Part shown: piece after piece, positions 50,116 through 50,253 of the stretch
Position numbering within the stretch: the first letter of the stretch is position 1
Layout: the number at the start of each line of letters is the position of its first letter
NCBI GenBank assembly: GCA_043745805.1
Contig: JAYTSD010000030.1
Coordinates: 1 to 50,253 of the forward strand
DNA from: Fibrobacteria bacterium
GTDB lineage: Bacteria > Fibrobacterota > Fibrobacteria > UBA11236
Direction: 5' to 3'
DNA length: 50,253 nucleotides
Program-made: the position numbers and the translations under genes
The notes under the pieces: generated by a model
Seen by the model: only the letters and a program-made list of their open reading frames with translations
The model's database searches: none
What the model was told of the DNA's origin: nothing

Positions 50116-50253
50116 TTAATATAAATCCAATCGACATTTCCATAGAATTTGAGGGTATCTCATCGGGACTCTTTCGCGAAATACGCCGCGGCTTTTTTTA
50201 GGATGTCTCGTTCTTCTTCTGCTCTTAACAATTCTTTTTTAAGCCGAAGATTT
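50116..50253 (-). mobile_element. IS3-family transposase remnant (OrfA C-terminus, truncated OrfB), runs off the window
   Basis: Minus-strand translation ...NLRLKKELLRAEEERDILKKAAAYFAKESR* (stop 50160-50162); AAAAAAAG frameshift site at 50199-50192; -1 frame KSRGVFRERVPMRYPQILWKCRLDLY* stops at 50116. Confidence 0.85.

Overview
Chromosomal window from a moderately AT-rich diderm bacterium. It is most likely Fibrobacterota/FCB group, inferred from a TIGR02147-family gene and a short sigma-70 that lacks region 1.1. Housekeeping genes are purF, thrH, aroC, a MazG-like pyrophosphatase, the sigma-70 and mrp/apbC with DUF971. The left half also holds an isolated eboA-eboB pair, a REP-like palindrome cluster, a TetR-TolC-MFP-RND efflux operon, a pump-less arsenic operon (arsR, aquaporin, arsC), a TIGR02147 gene flanked by two lipoprotein genes, and a sugar oxidoreductase/TIM-barrel/maltokinase cluster. 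The right half holds two cell-envelope glycan clusters. The second has two Wzi-like proteins, an SLBB exporter, gmd and a sulfotransferase, and is interrupted by a vapBC TA pair. An IS3-family remnant sits at the right edge. The best novel candidate is a 43-aa, 10-cysteine metallothionein-like ORF (12361-12492), absent from the ORF track, with a strong RBS inside the ars operon. Other candidates are the TIGR02147-lipoprotein module with a 4 x 46-aa Cys-pair repeat protein and a split HCF101-like Fe-S carrier. No rRNA, tRNA or CRISPR array was seen. All family calls come from motif recognition, not database searches.
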